A DNA stretch of 64,000 nucleotides from Opitutia bacterium (GCA_050506795.1 JBJHCF010000001.1:1-64000); one strand, 5' to 3'. Counted from the stretch's first letter, positions 37,422 to 48,276 are shown. Notes: generated by a model from the sequence alone, not told the origin. Program-made: numbers and translations.

Positions 37422-39830
37422 TCAACGGGCCGCCGCCACGGCATCGCGGTGTTCCTGCTCCAGATCAATGAGGTCACTGAGGACCCGCAAGGTTTCCCGC
37501 AAGTGGATATCAAGACGTTCCCGGTTGCCGTTTTCCTCATCGGGGCTGTCGAGGTCACGCGGATCCGGCAGGTCCGGGTCGGGCGGGTAGGCCGGATTTC
37601 CGTTGTCCGCGGATTCAAGAAGGATTTCCGCGTAGGTCAGTGAGTGGGTTCGTGCCAGTTCGTCCTCCCGTTCATTCATCGCATCCCGGAAGGCCCGGTC
37701 GCTTTCACGCTGGGATCTGCGGGCTTCCAGATTGAGAGATACGGATTTGCGATCCTGACGCTGTTGAAACCAGTCGATGTTTTCATTCCAGTACACGAAT
37801 TCATACAGGCTGGATTGCCGCTCCCGGCTCATTTCCACGATCTGCTCGCGCCGTTCATCCGTAATGGGGAAAACGACGCCCGCCCGGCGTTTGTCGCGTT
37901 CCCAGTTGGGAGCGGTCAGGGTGTCCCATGCCAGGGCGTTGGGCAGGGAGGATTCACCGATGGGAAGAAAGTCGTTGAAGGAGGGGATCACGACGTCCGG
38001 AATCATGCCCCGGTTTTGGGTGGAGGCTCCGTCGGGCAGGTAGAATTTTTGCACCGTCATCTTGGTAGCCCCGGTGCCGGTGCTGGCGGTACGTGGCAGG
38101 CCGAGATAATTGCCGAGCTCGTAGACCGCCTGTACGGTGCCCTTGCCGTGGGTTGAGGATTCCCCCACCACAATGGCGCGTTCGTACGCCTGAAGGGCTC
38201 CGGCCACGATTTCGGAGGCGGAGGCGCTGTTCTTGGAAACGAGAATGCCGAGCGAACCGTCGTAAACCCGGCCGTTGCGGGGGACGGGGTCGGATTGGAC
38301 GTTACCGAATGAATCCTGCTTCATGACCACCGGACCGGCGTCGATAAAGAGGCCCGTCAGATTGATGGCTTCGCTCAGCAGACCGCCCCCGTTGCGCCGC
38401 AGATCGAGGACCAGGCCGTCGATGCCTTCCTCTTTCATTTTTCCGATCAGTTCCTTGACGTCTTCCGTGGTGCTGGTGTTGGTCTCGGCACTGCCGTAAA
38501 AGGACGGGATCTCGATTACACCGAGGCTCCGGGTGTTGCCGCTTTCAAGAGGGAAATCGTAGATCCTCCCCCGTGCCTGGCGCGCGGTCAGTTTAACCTC
38601 GTCCCGTACGATGGTGACCTCTTCGCGGGCTGAGGGATCGGTGGCGTTGGCGGGAATGACGGTGAGGGTCACCTCGGTGCCTTTTTCGCCTCGGATCATG
38701 TTCACGATCCGGCGAAGTTTCATGTCGACGACATCGACCGGTTCTTCGTTTTCCTGTTTTACCGCCACGATCCGGTCTTCCGGCTGCAGGCGATTGGTCA
38801 GGTCGGCCGGGCCGCCGGGAACCAGTTCGCGGATGACGCAGTAGCCGTCTTCGGAGGAAAGGACCGCGCCGATACCCACCAGGGAAAGACGCATATTGAT
38901 GCTGAAATCCTCGAGAGTGTTGGCCGAGAGAAAGGTCGAGTGGGGATCAAACATCTTGGTCAGGGTGGTCAGGTAGAGTTCCTGGATTTCCACCGCGTCG
39001 ATGTCGCCAATACTCTGTTTCATGCGCTGATAGCGGCGCTCGATTCGCTCCAGCGCTCGCTCCATTTCGAGGTTGCGCGCTTTGGCTCGAACCAGGACGG
39101 TCAATTCATCCGCTTCCAGATCACTCAGGTTGCGGTCCTCGCTCTCCAGCCGTTCGAGCAGCAGAGTCAGCAGGGCTTCCTGATCGTTCTCCTGGAAGAG
39201 CTCGGCCAGCGAATCGGTTTCGATGGCTTTTCCAGCTGCGGCGGCTTCTTCGTAATGCCCCTCGATACGCTTCAGGACGGCTCGCACCGGCTCGTCGTCC
39301 AGGACCATCTGCAGAACCTCGTGTTTGATTCGTTTCTCCCAGAGCTGCTCGGCTTCCGTATCGTCGCGCGGCCAATCCGCCTCCCGGCGATCGAACTGGT
39401 ACTCGAGGTCCGTGTTGAGATCGAAATCCTCCTCCAGCCGGGAAAGCACCCACTCCAGACGATCCAGCGCGCGTGCTTTGTAGCGGGAGAAAATTTTCAT
39501 CGCCGGATCAAGATTCCCCTGAAAGATGCCGAATTCCAGTTCGGGAACGAACCGTTCGACGATTTGCCGTTGATCCTCCCGGGTGTAAAAGAGGCGGGCG
39601 TGATCCAGTTCCGCCATGTACCGGGTGAGCAGGTCTTCCAGGTCAAGGTCGGAAATCGACCGTTTGCTGAAGTGGGCGTGTTCGAGAAGCTGCACCACCA
39701 TGGTGGCTTCCCGCTCCATCAGGGGGGTGGAGGTAAACTCGGTCTCAAAGGGCGCATCCGCCGTGAGCAGGGCGACAGGTATGAAAATGGCGGGGAGGAG
39801 GCGGATCAGCAGTTTTTTCATAACGAACAT
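37422..39830 (-). CDS. prc: Carboxy-terminal processing protease (Prc/Tsp, S41A)
   Basis: DPHS, GIGAVL, PDZ, DLRRNGGG, SASASEI, HGKGTVQ. Confidence 0.92.
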   Translation of the reverse strand: MFVMKKLLIRLLPAIFIPVALLTADAPFETEFTSTPLMEREATMVVQLLEHAHFSKRSISDLDLEDLLTRYMAELDHARLFYTREDQRQIVERFVPELEFGIFQGNLDPAMKIFSRYKARALDRLEWVLSRLEEDFDLNTDLEYQFDRREADWPRDDTEAEQLWEKRIKHEVLQMVLDDEPVRAVLKRIEGHYEEAAAAGKAIETDSLAELFQENDQEALLTLLLERLESEDRNLSDLEADELTVLVRAKARNLEMERALERIERRYQRMKQSIGDIDAVEIQELYLTTLTKMFDPHSTFLSANTLEDFSINMRLSLVGIGAVLSSEDGYCVIRELVPGGPADLTNRLQPEDRIVAVKQENEEPVDVVDMKLRRIVNMIRGEKGTEVTLTVIPANATDPSAREEVTIVRDEVKLTARQARGRIYDFPLESGNTRSLGVIEIPSFYGSAETNTSTTEDVKELIGKMKEEGIDGLVLDLRRNGGGLLSEAINLTGLFIDAGPVVMKQDSFGNVQSDPVPRNGRVYDGSLGILVSKNSASASEIVAGALQAYERAIVVGESSTHGKGTVQAVYELGNYLGLPRTASTGTGATKMTVQKFYLPDGASTQNRGMIPDVVIPSFNDFLPIGESSLPNALAWDTLTAPNWERDKRRAGVVFPITDERREQIVEMSRERQSSLYEFVYWNENIDWFQQRQDRKSVSLNLEARRSQRESDRAFRDAMNEREDELARTHSLTYAEILLESADNGNPAYPPDPDLPDPRDLDSPDEENGNRERLDIHLRETLRVLSDLIDLEQEHRDAVAAAR

Positions 39831-39944
39831 TATTATTAGTGCATTTTTCCTTTTTGTCGCTTCCGGAATCGAATTTGTTCCGTGACGATACCGTGTCGCG
39901 GCGACCGGAATTGGGATTTATCCGTTCTATGCCTGTGCCTCCGC

Positions 39945-40826
39945 CTATTTGCTGAGGATGTCTTTGGCTTGATCCAGGGTACGTTTTTCCTCGTCGGTGA
40001 GCGACCCGAACCCTTCGGAATTGATCTTGTCGAGAATCCGGTCCACTTCCTTTTGCAGGTCACGCCGGTTGGTCAGGTTCACCTGGTACTTGCCGGCTGC
40101 CGGAGCGGCGGTCTTGCCTTTCTTCTTAAACCATTGCGGCACTTCGACTTTCGGTTTGACGCTCTTCAGATCGGGCAGGCTGCTGAAGATGAGTTTAAAA
40201 AACAGGTAGCCAGCCAGGGCTCCTCCCAGATGGGCCGAGTGGGCGATGGCTCGTCCGTCGCCCATCTGCCCGCGGCCCGGGAGTTCAATAAACAGCAAAC
40301 CGAGGAGACTGAATCCGACAATGATGTAGGCGATCGTGCGCGGGCGGATGAAAATCGGGAGGAAAAAGAGTCCGATCGGCCGGTCGGGATGCATGCAGAT
40401 GAAAAAAATCACCAGGCCGGTGACCGCTCCCGAGGCTCCCATCAGGACCGAAGGCTGGTTGAGATTGAAAGCCAGCCAGAAGGTGCCTCCCAGCAACGCG
40501 GCGATAAAGTAAAGCCAGCAAAAGAGTTTATTGCCCAGAACCACCGCCAATTCCCGCCCGAAGATGTAGAGCAGCAGCATGTTGATTCCGATATGAAAAA
40601 AACCTCCATGCAGGAAGGCATAGGTGAAAAGCGTCCAGATGAAACCGAAGCGGATCGAGTCGCTGGACAAACCCAGAATGTCCTGTGCGGCGCTGCTCTG
40701 GAACCACTGCTGAACGATCAACTGAACCACGTAAATCGCCAGCGTCGCGTACAGAAGCCAATGCATCGCCGTCCACGGCGAAGCGTGGTGTCCCTGCGGA
40801 CGCATGTACGGGCGATCATAAAGCAT
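39945..40826 (-). CDS. Rhomboid protease with small C-terminal helical domain
   Basis: YAFLH..FFHI..NM, GASG, AHLGG; EVDRILDKINSEG tail. Confidence 0.92.
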   Translation of the reverse strand: MLYDRPYMRPQGHHASPWTAMHWLLYATLAIYVVQLIVQQWFQSSAAQDILGLSSDSIRFGFIWTLFTYAFLHGGFFHIGINMLLLYIFGRELAVVLGNKLFCWLYFIAALLGGTFWLAFNLNQPSVLMGASGAVTGLVIFFICMHPDRPIGLFFLPIFIRPRTIAYIIVGFSLLGLLFIELPGRGQMGDGRAIAHSAHLGGALAGYLFFKLIFSSLPDLKSVKPKVEVPQWFKKKGKTAAPAAGKYQVNLTNRRDLQKEVDRILDKINSEGFGSLTDEEKRTLDQAKDILSK

Positions 40827-40967
40827 ACCCTCTCACAATACCACCGTGAGGACGCTTGACAAGCGAGCTTTGGAGGCAATTTCCAAGTTTTTGCCGGAAA
40901 GCACCTAACTTCCTGCCGCGGTTTGCGGCATTGACAGATTTCCTCCGGGTATATCAATCCTCGGGAT

Positions 40968-41927
40968 ATGAAAATCGTAGTATTGGACGCGGCGACCCTG
41001 GGAATGGAGGAAGCGGATTGGGAGCCTTTCCGGCAAAAGGGGTACCTGACGTTATATCCGCTCACTCCCTATGAAACGGATGCGGTTGTCGAGCGGGCGG
41101 CCGGCGCCGATGTTGTTCTCAGCAACAAGGTTCCTCTCCTCGGTCCCGAACTTTCCGTCTTGCCTTCGCTTCGCCTCATTTCGGTCCTGGCAACCGGTTT
41201 CAATAACGTGGATCTGACCGCCGCCCGGGCCGCCGGCGTGACCGTCTGTAACGTGCCCGCCTACAGCACCGCCTCCACAGCACAGCATGCGGTGGCGCTG
41301 ATTCTCGAACTCTGCAACCGGGTCGGGGCTCACGATTCCTCGGTGCGCGCGGGGGATTGGGTCCGTTCGTCCCGCTTTTCCTACTGGAAGGGCGACCTGG
41401 TGGAGTTGGAGGGTAAAACGGTGGGCATTGTCGGTTTTGGGCAGATCGGACGACGTGTGGGGGCGACCGTCGCGGCCCTGGGCGCCCGCGTTCTGGCTTC
41501 GGCCCGTCGGCGGCGCGACGCTCCCGATTATCCTTTCGAGTGGGCCGACACACAGGACATCTTCGAGCGCTCCGATGTCGTCACCCTGCATTGTCCGCAG
41601 ACGGAGGAAACCACGGATTTGGTCAACGCCGAATCTCTGCGCCGAATGAAACGAACCGCCTTCCTGGTCAACACCGCCCGCGGAGGTCTGGTCGACGAGG
41701 CGGATTTGGCCGAAGCGTTGGATGAGGGGATAATCGCCGGCGCGGCGGTGGATGTGTTGCGGAAGGAGCCGATGGCGGAGGACTGTCCCCTGCGCGACGT
41801 TCCCAACTGCATCGTCACGCCGCACATGGCTTGGTCGGGACGGGAAAGTCGGCGGCGCCTGCTGGAGGAAACCCTGGCCAACCTTGATGCGTTTCAACGC
41901 GGCGAACCGCGGAACGTTGTGAGCTGA
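40968..41927 (+). CDS. D-2-hydroxyacid dehydrogenase (glycerate dehydrogenase-like)
   Basis: GIVGFGQIG, LHCP, NTARG, DVL..EP, TPHMAW. Confidence 0.92.
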   Translation: MKIVVLDAATLGMEEADWEPFRQKGYLTLYPLTPYETDAVVERAAGADVVLSNKVPLLGPELSVLPSLRLISVLATGFNNVDLTAARAAGVTVCNVPAYSTASTAQHAVALILELCNRVGAHDSSVRAGDWVRSSRFSYWKGDLVELEGKTVGIVGFGQIGRRVGATVAALGARVLASARRRRDAPDYPFEWADTQDIFERSDVVTLHCPQTEETTDLVNAESLRRMKRTAFLVNTARGGLVDEADLAEALDEGIIAGAAVDVLRKEPMAEDCPLRDVPNCIVTPHMAWSGRESRRRLLEETLANLDAFQRGEPRNVVS

Positions 41928-41930
41928 ATT

Positions 41931-43430
41931 TCAGCGCAACCGAACCGCGGCCGGCTCACTTTCGTTGCCCAACCGGTCGACGGCGGTGACTGCCAGGTGG
42001 GAGATACCCGTCGAGGTTGGCGGAATACGCATCACAGCCTCCGCGCGTTGGTAGGCCGGCACCACCTGGTGCAACCGCCAGCCATCGCGGTGGCGACTGT
42101 AGAGCGCCCACAACCGGAGGTCTTCAGTCCCCGACGAGTTGATGTGCAGGCGGCCTTCGGCATTGTCGCCGGTGACTTCAAAGCGTACCCGCGGTCTCGG
42201 CGGCGCCTCGGAACCGAGCCAGGGAGTGGGGGGCACGAGCACCGGTCCACGATAGGCCGATGTGCGCAGGGCGGTAGCGATGTTGCCCAGATCCTCCTGC
42301 AACCAGCGTTGGCGAAAGTGGATGTGTCCGGCGCTTCCGGACTGTTGGCGGGTCAGGCTGATCTGGTTGATGATTTCCCGGGTGGGCCAGTTGGCGTCGG
42401 TCACCCTCCAGGTGGCCAGCCCCGGCCAAATGTGACGGTTGCGCGTGTTTTGCGAGTGCCACCACTCCAGGAGGCGCGGGAAGGATTGGCGCTCCTGAGT
42501 GATGCTCCAATAAAGCTGCGGCGCCAGGTAATCCAGCCAGCCCCGGTTCAACCACAGTTTGGGGTCGGCGTACAACATTGCGTACTGGTCGGAACCCGTT
42601 ATTCCCGGAGGGTTCTCGGGGCGCCAGATGCCGAAGGGACTGATGCCCACCTTGACCTTTGGGTCTTCCTGTTTGACGGTCTCGTAGAGTCGGCGGATCA
42701 GTTCGTTGACGTTATTCCTGCGCCAATCCCCGCGGGACAGATCGCCGCCCGCCCGGCGATAACGGTCCCAGTTGGCGCTGTCCGGAAAATCGGTGCCGGC
42801 GATCGGCCAGGGGTAGAAGTAATCGTCGATATGGATCCCGTCGATATCGTATTTCCGGACCAGTTCGCGCACCACGTTGAGGACGTGTTCGCGGACTGCC
42901 GGTTCGCTGGGATCGAGCCACAGGAGGTTCCCGTAACGGCGAACCAGCTCCGGGCGGGTCCGGCTTATGTGATTGCGACTGACCTCGACCGTGCCGACGT
43001 CATGATGCACCCGATACGGGTTGATCCAGGCGTGGATTTCCAGTCCCCTCCGATGCGCTTCGCGTACGGCGAACGCCAGGGGATCGTAACCCGGATTGGG
43101 AGCGCGTCCCATCTCTCCGGTTAGAAAGTGGGACCAGGGCGCATGTTCCGACGGGTACATTGCGTCGCCCATAGAGCGCACCTGCAGAATCACCGCGTTG
43201 AGATGCAGACTGCGAGCCCGATCCAGGATGGCAATCAGTTCCTCCTGCTGCTCTCTGGAACTGAGGCCGGGCCGCGAGGGCCAGTCGAGGTTTTTCAGCG
43301 AGGTCACCCAGACGCCCCGGAACTCGCGGGGGGCTCGCGGGTAATCGGTCCCTTCCTGCTGACCGTGGAGCGGAACAGCCGGGAGCAAAGCTGAAACGAG
43401 GAAGCACGCCGCTGCTAAGAACCGTATCAT
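41931..43430 (-). CDS. GHL10 (YngK/YddW-DigH-like) glycoside hydrolase
   Basis: EFRGVWV..LDWPS, HAWINPYR, DGIHIDDYFYP, DYLAPQLYW; signal peptide from ATG 43430. Confidence 0.88.
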   Translation of the reverse strand: MIRFLAAACFLVSALLPAVPLHGQQEGTDYPRAPREFRGVWVTSLKNLDWPSRPGLSSREQQEELIAILDRARSLHLNAVILQVRSMGDAMYPSEHAPWSHFLTGEMGRAPNPGYDPLAFAVREAHRRGLEIHAWINPYRVHHDVGTVEVSRNHISRTRPELVRRYGNLLWLDPSEPAVREHVLNVVRELVRKYDIDGIHIDDYFYPWPIAGTDFPDSANWDRYRRAGGDLSRGDWRRNNVNELIRRLYETVKQEDPKVKVGISPFGIWRPENPPGITGSDQYAMLYADPKLWLNRGWLDYLAPQLYWSITQERQSFPRLLEWWHSQNTRNRHIWPGLATWRVTDANWPTREIINQISLTRQQSGSAGHIHFRQRWLQEDLGNIATALRTSAYRGPVLVPPTPWLGSEAPPRPRVRFEVTGDNAEGRLHINSSGTEDLRLWALYSRHRDGWRLHQVVPAYQRAEAVMRIPPTSTGISHLAVTAVDRLGNESEPAAVRLR

Positions 43431-43482
43431 CCGTAACAGGGTCTGCGATTCTTTGGTTTGGATTTCAATCTTTGAATGCCGT

Positions 43483-43782
43483 TCAACGTTCGCGGGAGTC
43501 GAATCGGAAGAGCAGCTCACCCGGCCGGGCGTATCCAAGTTTCTGTCGCACCACTCGTTCGACGAATTCGGGATTGTCCTGCAGATTACGATGGTAAACT
43601 TCCTTGTACGCGAGTTCACGCTCGGCCAGTTCGAGTTGACGGGCATTGCGTTCCTGCCTCTCCCGGAGGTTGGCCAACTCACGGTAGGTTTGCTGCAGGA
43701 AGATCGCGGAGAAGAACCCCATCGCCACAAAAACCGAGAGAAGAAGATAAAAAAGCCCTTTGCCGAAATCCGTTTGTTTCAT
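43483..43782 (-). CDS. Septum formation initiator (FtsB/DivIC family)
   Basis: TM plus coiled coil; ERVVRQKLGYARPGE. Confidence 0.8.
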   Translation of the reverse strand: MKQTDFGKGLFYLLLSVFVAMGFFSAIFLQQTYRELANLRERQERNARQLELAERELAYKEVYHRNLQDNPEFVERVVRQKLGYARPGELLFRFDSRER

Positions 43783-43872
43783 GCCAATCGTTACCGACGT
43801 CGCTACAACACTGGACCTGTTGATTGGACCTGGCAATTAAGAACTCCGAACCCTGTAGAGACGACCGGCATT

Positions 43873-44739
43873 TTAGAGTCCGGCTTCCAGTGACTGCAGA
43901 TCCCGACGCAACCGTTCGACGGACCGCTCCGGAAACTCGGCTTCGATGGTATCGAGGATTTCGCCGGCTCGAGCGAAGGCGGCGCGTGCGCTTTGCGGGT
44001 CATCCGCGCGGATTCCGTGCTGCCTGGCCTCATGGAACGCGGTGAGCAGAACGATGTATCGGTGCGGTTGCGCCGAAGTCTCGGGTTGCGCCGGTGCGGT
44101 GGGTTGCGGCCGCAGGGCGGCGGCACGTTCCTCAATTACCGCGATTTCCCTTTCCATCTGTTGACGCAATTCGTCCCGTTCGGTTTCGGCGCGCTCGGCT
44201 TCGCGTACGGCGACCAGGTAGGCCTCCCTGATTTCCTCGATCTCGGTTTCGCGTTCCTCCAATGCCGCCTGAAGCGCACGCAGTTCCGCTTCGACGGCTT
44301 CCCGTTCAGCTTCCCCTTGCTCGATTGATGATTCCAGAGTCGCAATGGCCGCGCTCAGTTCGGCCCGCTCGGATTCGAGTCTTTCGACGGTTTCCGCGTG
44401 CGTTGCCCCCTGTGCGCGGGCTGTCGCCAGTTCGTCCTCCAACCGCTCGTTCTCCGCCTGCAGGGCCAGCAGCTGATCGCGGCTCGCTTCCATTTCGGAC
44501 TCGAGTTCCGCCACGGTTGCCTGCAACTCGGCATCGCGGCCGTCGAGCCGCGAAAGATCCGCTTCCAGTTGTTCAATTGTTTCGCGTGCCTCCTGCCTTT
44601 CGGCGCTTCGCGGCGCAATCATGGTAAAATACAGGACGACTCCTGCGAGCACTAATCCGATGACAAATGCGGCCGCGGCCTGACCGATGGCCGGGCGGTC
44701 CTCGTTTTCAGATGTGTCCCTACGTTCGTAATCACTCAT
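43873..44739 (-). CDS. Membrane-anchored coiled-coil protein
   Basis: One TM segment followed by about 170 aa of Glu/Ala/Arg/Leu heptads. Confidence 0.7.
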   Translation of the reverse strand: MSDYERRDTSENEDRPAIGQAAAAFVIGLVLAGVVLYFTMIAPRSAERQEARETIEQLEADLSRLDGRDAELQATVAELESEMEASRDQLLALQAENERLEDELATARAQGATHAETVERLESERAELSAAIATLESSIEQGEAEREAVEAELRALQAALEERETEIEEIREAYLVAVREAERAETERDELRQQMEREIAVIEERAAALRPQPTAPAQPETSAQPHRYIVLLTAFHEARQHGIRADDPQSARAAFARAGEILDTIEAEFPERSVERLRRDLQSLEAGL

Positions 44740-44956
44740 AGCGTCGACTCCTTCGATTGATGGATGTTACCCGGTAAAACAGAATAAAGTTCCGTAGAAG
44801 TAACGGTTTAGATCATGACAGGGGAAATGGCGAATGCCAAGCGAAAAGAAATGCCTTAATGAATACGTCGAGGTATGTTTAACCCCTGAGCCACAACGAC
44901 CCGTCGCCGATGGAGAAACGCGTTGGCGGCATAGACAGATCGATCTTATTCCCGGA

Positions 44957-45934
44957 TCAAGGCGTCACTCGATCCCAATCGAATGCGGGTCCGGGATCGA
45001 CCTTGTTGGTCTGAATGTGAAAGTGCCCGAGTAGTCCGCGGAATTCGCGCAGTTCTTCGTCCGGCAGTTTGCCTTGAATCAGATTGCCGTCGTCATCCCG
45101 TGGATAGTCGGGGGCAACCAGGGGAAAGATTTGGCAAAGCGCGGCGGTAAGCTTACTCAATGCCTCGTATTGCTCCGGGGTGAAGTCGTACTGGAGCAGT
45201 TCCATGCCGTGGATCCTGCCGGTGATCGGTTCGTCGCGCGCCGGCCGGCCGATGAAATTGGGGGTGCGGATACCGCCGTCGCCGAGCCGCTCCGGAAGCA
45301 CGATGCGGGTTTCTCCTTCCGCAGACCGGATGTACCACTCGTCGAGGGGTTCCGCCGCGTCCGGCGGGTAGGCGCCGATATGGGCGATCTCGATGCCGAT
45401 CGAGCGGCTGTTGGATGAGGTGGCGTGCCAGGCCCGCTCTTTGAGGTCGAGAGTCTGGTAGATCGTGCCGTCAAGGTCGACCAGGAAGTGGGCGCTCAAT
45501 CCCACCACGTCGTGCAGGATGCGGAAGCATTCCCGGCTGGTGCCGGCGGCGTCGTAATGGAAAACGACCTGGTCGACCACCCGTTGCAGCAGCGGCAGGT
45601 CCCAACCGCCGCCCCGCACGCGCTCGATCTCCTCTTCGCTGAGCCCGTCCCGCCGCAGATTGTACCGGTTGGGAGAAGCGGGACCGGAATTCCCTTCGCG
45701 GAATCCCGACTCCTCCCGCGGACCGAAACGCCGCTCTGTTCGGTAGGCGTCATAGCCGCCGGGGTCGAGCCATAACACCACCGGAGTGCCGGTGCGAAAG
45801 AACTGGCCGGCGGCGACGATTTCATCTCCGTGGCGCGCCACCGGCGTTCCCGGCTCCGGTCCCGTCGCGCAGCCGGCGGCCAGAACGACCGGCGTCAAAA
45901 AAACGATGCGTATGAATGACCGGGACGAGATCAT
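44957..45934 (-). CDS. N-acetylmuramoyl-L-alanine amidase (Amidase_2) lipoprotein
   Basis: Lipobox AAGC; VVFHYD, SAHFLVD.DGTIYQ, AWHA, SIGIE, GH...KVDPG. Confidence 0.9.
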   Translation of the reverse strand: MISSRSFIRIVFLTPVVLAAGCATGPEPGTPVARHGDEIVAAGQFFRTGTPVVLWLDPGGYDAYRTERRFGPREESGFREGNSGPASPNRYNLRRDGLSEEEIERVRGGGWDLPLLQRVVDQVVFHYDAAGTSRECFRILHDVVGLSAHFLVDLDGTIYQTLDLKERAWHATSSNSRSIGIEIAHIGAYPPDAAEPLDEWYIRSAEGETRIVLPERLGDGGIRTPNFIGRPARDEPITGRIHGMELLQYDFTPEQYEALSKLTAALCQIFPLVAPDYPRDDDGNLIQGKLPDEELREFRGLLGHFHIQTNKVDPGPAFDWDRVTP

Positions 45935-46056
45935 GCGCCTTTTATTGCCTAAAATCCGTACGAATTGAATCCTTTTCGCGCCGGCTGCCGGCAGTCGCCT
46001 TCGTCGGCGGCCGGTATTCAGAGGGGTAAAGGTGAGCGAGGGACGAGCAATCGCTT

Positions 46057-48228
46057 TCAAGGGCCGGCCGGATCGGGTCGAGCGGCGTGTCGAACCGAGG
46101 CTTCGTGTTTGTGGATGATTTTCAGGAAGGTGGGAATGATCTTTTTCACCTTGGCTTCGCCGATTCCGGGAATATCGAGAGCTTCTTCCGGACGGGCCGG
46201 GCGGCGACGCGCGAGTTCTTCGAGGGCGTGATTGGTCAGGATCACGTAGGCCGGTTGTCCGCCGCGCGCTGCGGCCAGCTCGCTTCGCTTTTGCTTGAGT
46301 TTGGTCAGGAGATCCGCATCGGGCGGTGCGGATGAGGCGTCCGGCGTCCGGCCGCTTTTATCCGGCGTCCGGCTTTTCCTGGCGGGAGCATCGCGTTCCG
46401 GCCAGGCGAGGGTGCAGGGGGCTTCGCCTTGCATGACGCGGGCGCCGGCGTCGGTCAGGCCGAGCAGCGGGTAGTCGCCGTCAGTGGTATAAACGAAACC
46501 CGCCCGCTCGAATTCCCGGAACAAAGCATTGAGATAGTCTTTTCCTTCCGCTTTGAGCAGACCGTGGGTGGAGAGTTGGTCCAGCCCCGCCTGTCGGATC
46601 GGGGCGGCGTTGCTGCCCAGGAGGCATTGGATGATCCGGGCTCGGCCGAAGCGCGGCCGCCACTCGCGGTCACCCAGCCGGTCGCACATCCGCGCCACAC
46701 CGCTCAGGGCTTTGCGGGCGATCAGGGATTCGTTGTCGTCGCCGGGCCGGTGATTCTCGGCGCGATCGGCGCGGCAGACATCACATTCCCCGCAAAGCTG
46801 GAGATCGCGGTCTCCGAAATAGCGAAGGATCCATTGCTGACGGCACGTGTTGTGTTCGTAAGCGTACTGGATGACGGAACGCAGGCGGGCTTCGTCGGCC
46901 TGACGCTTCTTCGCGAGGGTGGCGGCGTCGAGTTCCAGACCAAGGGCGGAAACCTCGGGACGAAGAAGACGCGTTCCCCGTATCCGTTTTCCGGGGACAT
47001 CAAAGCGCTCCAGGCAACCGTGGCGTCCCAGAATGGCGATTGCAGTCGAGACCGCGATTGGGTTTACCTTTCCTGGCAGCCGTTCGGTCAGGTCGTCGAT
47101 GGAGAGCAGGACTTCGTGGCTATTGTCCGCTGCCGACCGCAAGGTGTCGTAAACGGCCCGCACGGTGGAGATTTCGGGATTGCGCCCTTCGATGAAGAAT
47201 TCCTGGGTGCGTTTGTCTGCGAAATTGAAGAGGAAAAGGCATTCCGAAGCAAGGCCGTCGCGACCCGCCCGCCCGGCTTCCTGATAGTACGCCTCCACGC
47301 TGCCGGGCATTTCGAAATGCAGCACGAAACGCAGGTCGTTGCGGTCGATTCCCATGCCGAAGGCGTTGGTGGCGACCACCAGGTCCGATTCCTTTCGCAT
47401 GAAGGCGTTTTGGATCCGCTCCCGCTCGCGGTCGTCCATGCCGCCGTGGTAGGCGAGGGCGGAAAAGCCGTCGGTCTCCAGGTTGGCGGCCACCGATTCG
47501 ACCCGCTTGCGGGTGGCGCAATAGACGATTCCCTTGCGGTGAGTGCGGATCAGGCTGTGGAGAAAACGGTATTTTTCGTCCTCAGACGACGTTTGCACCA
47601 CTTTGAAACTGAGATTGGGGCGGGCGAATCCGGAGACAAAAACCGCGGGGTCTCGCAGGGCAAGGTGTTTCCTGATGTCCTCACGCACATCCGGGGTGGC
47701 CGTTGCGGTGAACGCGGCCACCGGCGGGTGCCCCAGGTGCTGGAGGGCCGCGCCCAGGCGTAGGTAGTCCGGACGAAAGTCGTGGCCCCATTGGGACAGG
47801 CAGTGCGCTTCGTCGACCGCGAAGAGCGAAACGGTGATTCGGGACAGCGCCCCCATGAAGGCGCGGCTGCGAAAGCGCTCCGGCGCGACGTAGACCAGCT
47901 TCAGCTTCCCCTGTGCCATGGCCTCCAAGGTTTCCCGCTGTTCGGCCGCCGTTTGCGTGCTGTTGAGCAACGCCGCCGGCAGACCCTTGGCCCGAAGTGC
48001 GTCGACCTGGTCCTTCATCAATGCGATCAGGGGCGAAACGACCAGCGTTACATGCGGCAGCAGCAGGGCGGGCAATTGATAACAGAGCGATTTACCGCCT
48101 CCGGTGGGCATGATCACCAAGGTGTCGCGACGGTTCAGAATCGCGTCGACCACCTCGTCCTGGGGCGGGCGAAAACGTTCGAAGGCGAAATGACGCCGAA
48201 GGGCTTCGTTCGGATCCGTGGTTGACAT
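46057..48228 (-). CDS. recQ: RecQ family DNA helicase
   Basis: PTGGGKS, DEAHC.SQWGHDFRP, QEAGRAGRDG, Zn/RQC region, HRDC domain. Confidence 0.92.
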   Translation of the reverse strand: MSTTDPNEALRRHFAFERFRPPQDEVVDAILNRRDTLVIMPTGGGKSLCYQLPALLLPHVTLVVSPLIALMKDQVDALRAKGLPAALLNSTQTAAEQRETLEAMAQGKLKLVYVAPERFRSRAFMGALSRITVSLFAVDEAHCLSQWGHDFRPDYLRLGAALQHLGHPPVAAFTATATPDVREDIRKHLALRDPAVFVSGFARPNLSFKVVQTSSEDEKYRFLHSLIRTHRKGIVYCATRKRVESVAANLETDGFSALAYHGGMDDRERERIQNAFMRKESDLVVATNAFGMGIDRNDLRFVLHFEMPGSVEAYYQEAGRAGRDGLASECLFLFNFADKRTQEFFIEGRNPEISTVRAVYDTLRSAADNSHEVLLSIDDLTERLPGKVNPIAVSTAIAILGRHGCLERFDVPGKRIRGTRLLRPEVSALGLELDAATLAKKRQADEARLRSVIQYAYEHNTCRQQWILRYFGDRDLQLCGECDVCRADRAENHRPGDDNESLIARKALSGVARMCDRLGDREWRPRFGRARIIQCLLGSNAAPIRQAGLDQLSTHGLLKAEGKDYLNALFREFERAGFVYTTDGDYPLLGLTDAGARVMQGEAPCTLAWPERDAPARKSRTPDKSGRTPDASSAPPDADLLTKLKQKRSELAAARGGQPAYVILTNHALEELARRRPARPEEALDIPGIGEAKVKKIIPTFLKIIHKHEASVRHAARPDPAGP

Positions 48229-48276
48229 GCGGACTATTGCACAAACGATCAGCATCGGTGACAAGCCCTGGTTGAC

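Noticed and set aside
41931..43730. N-terminal extensions in the ORF track (GHL10, cdsA 10373-12001, ispG to 7814, amidase to 46060)
   Set aside because: They overlap neighbouring genes; better downstream starts give normal proteins.
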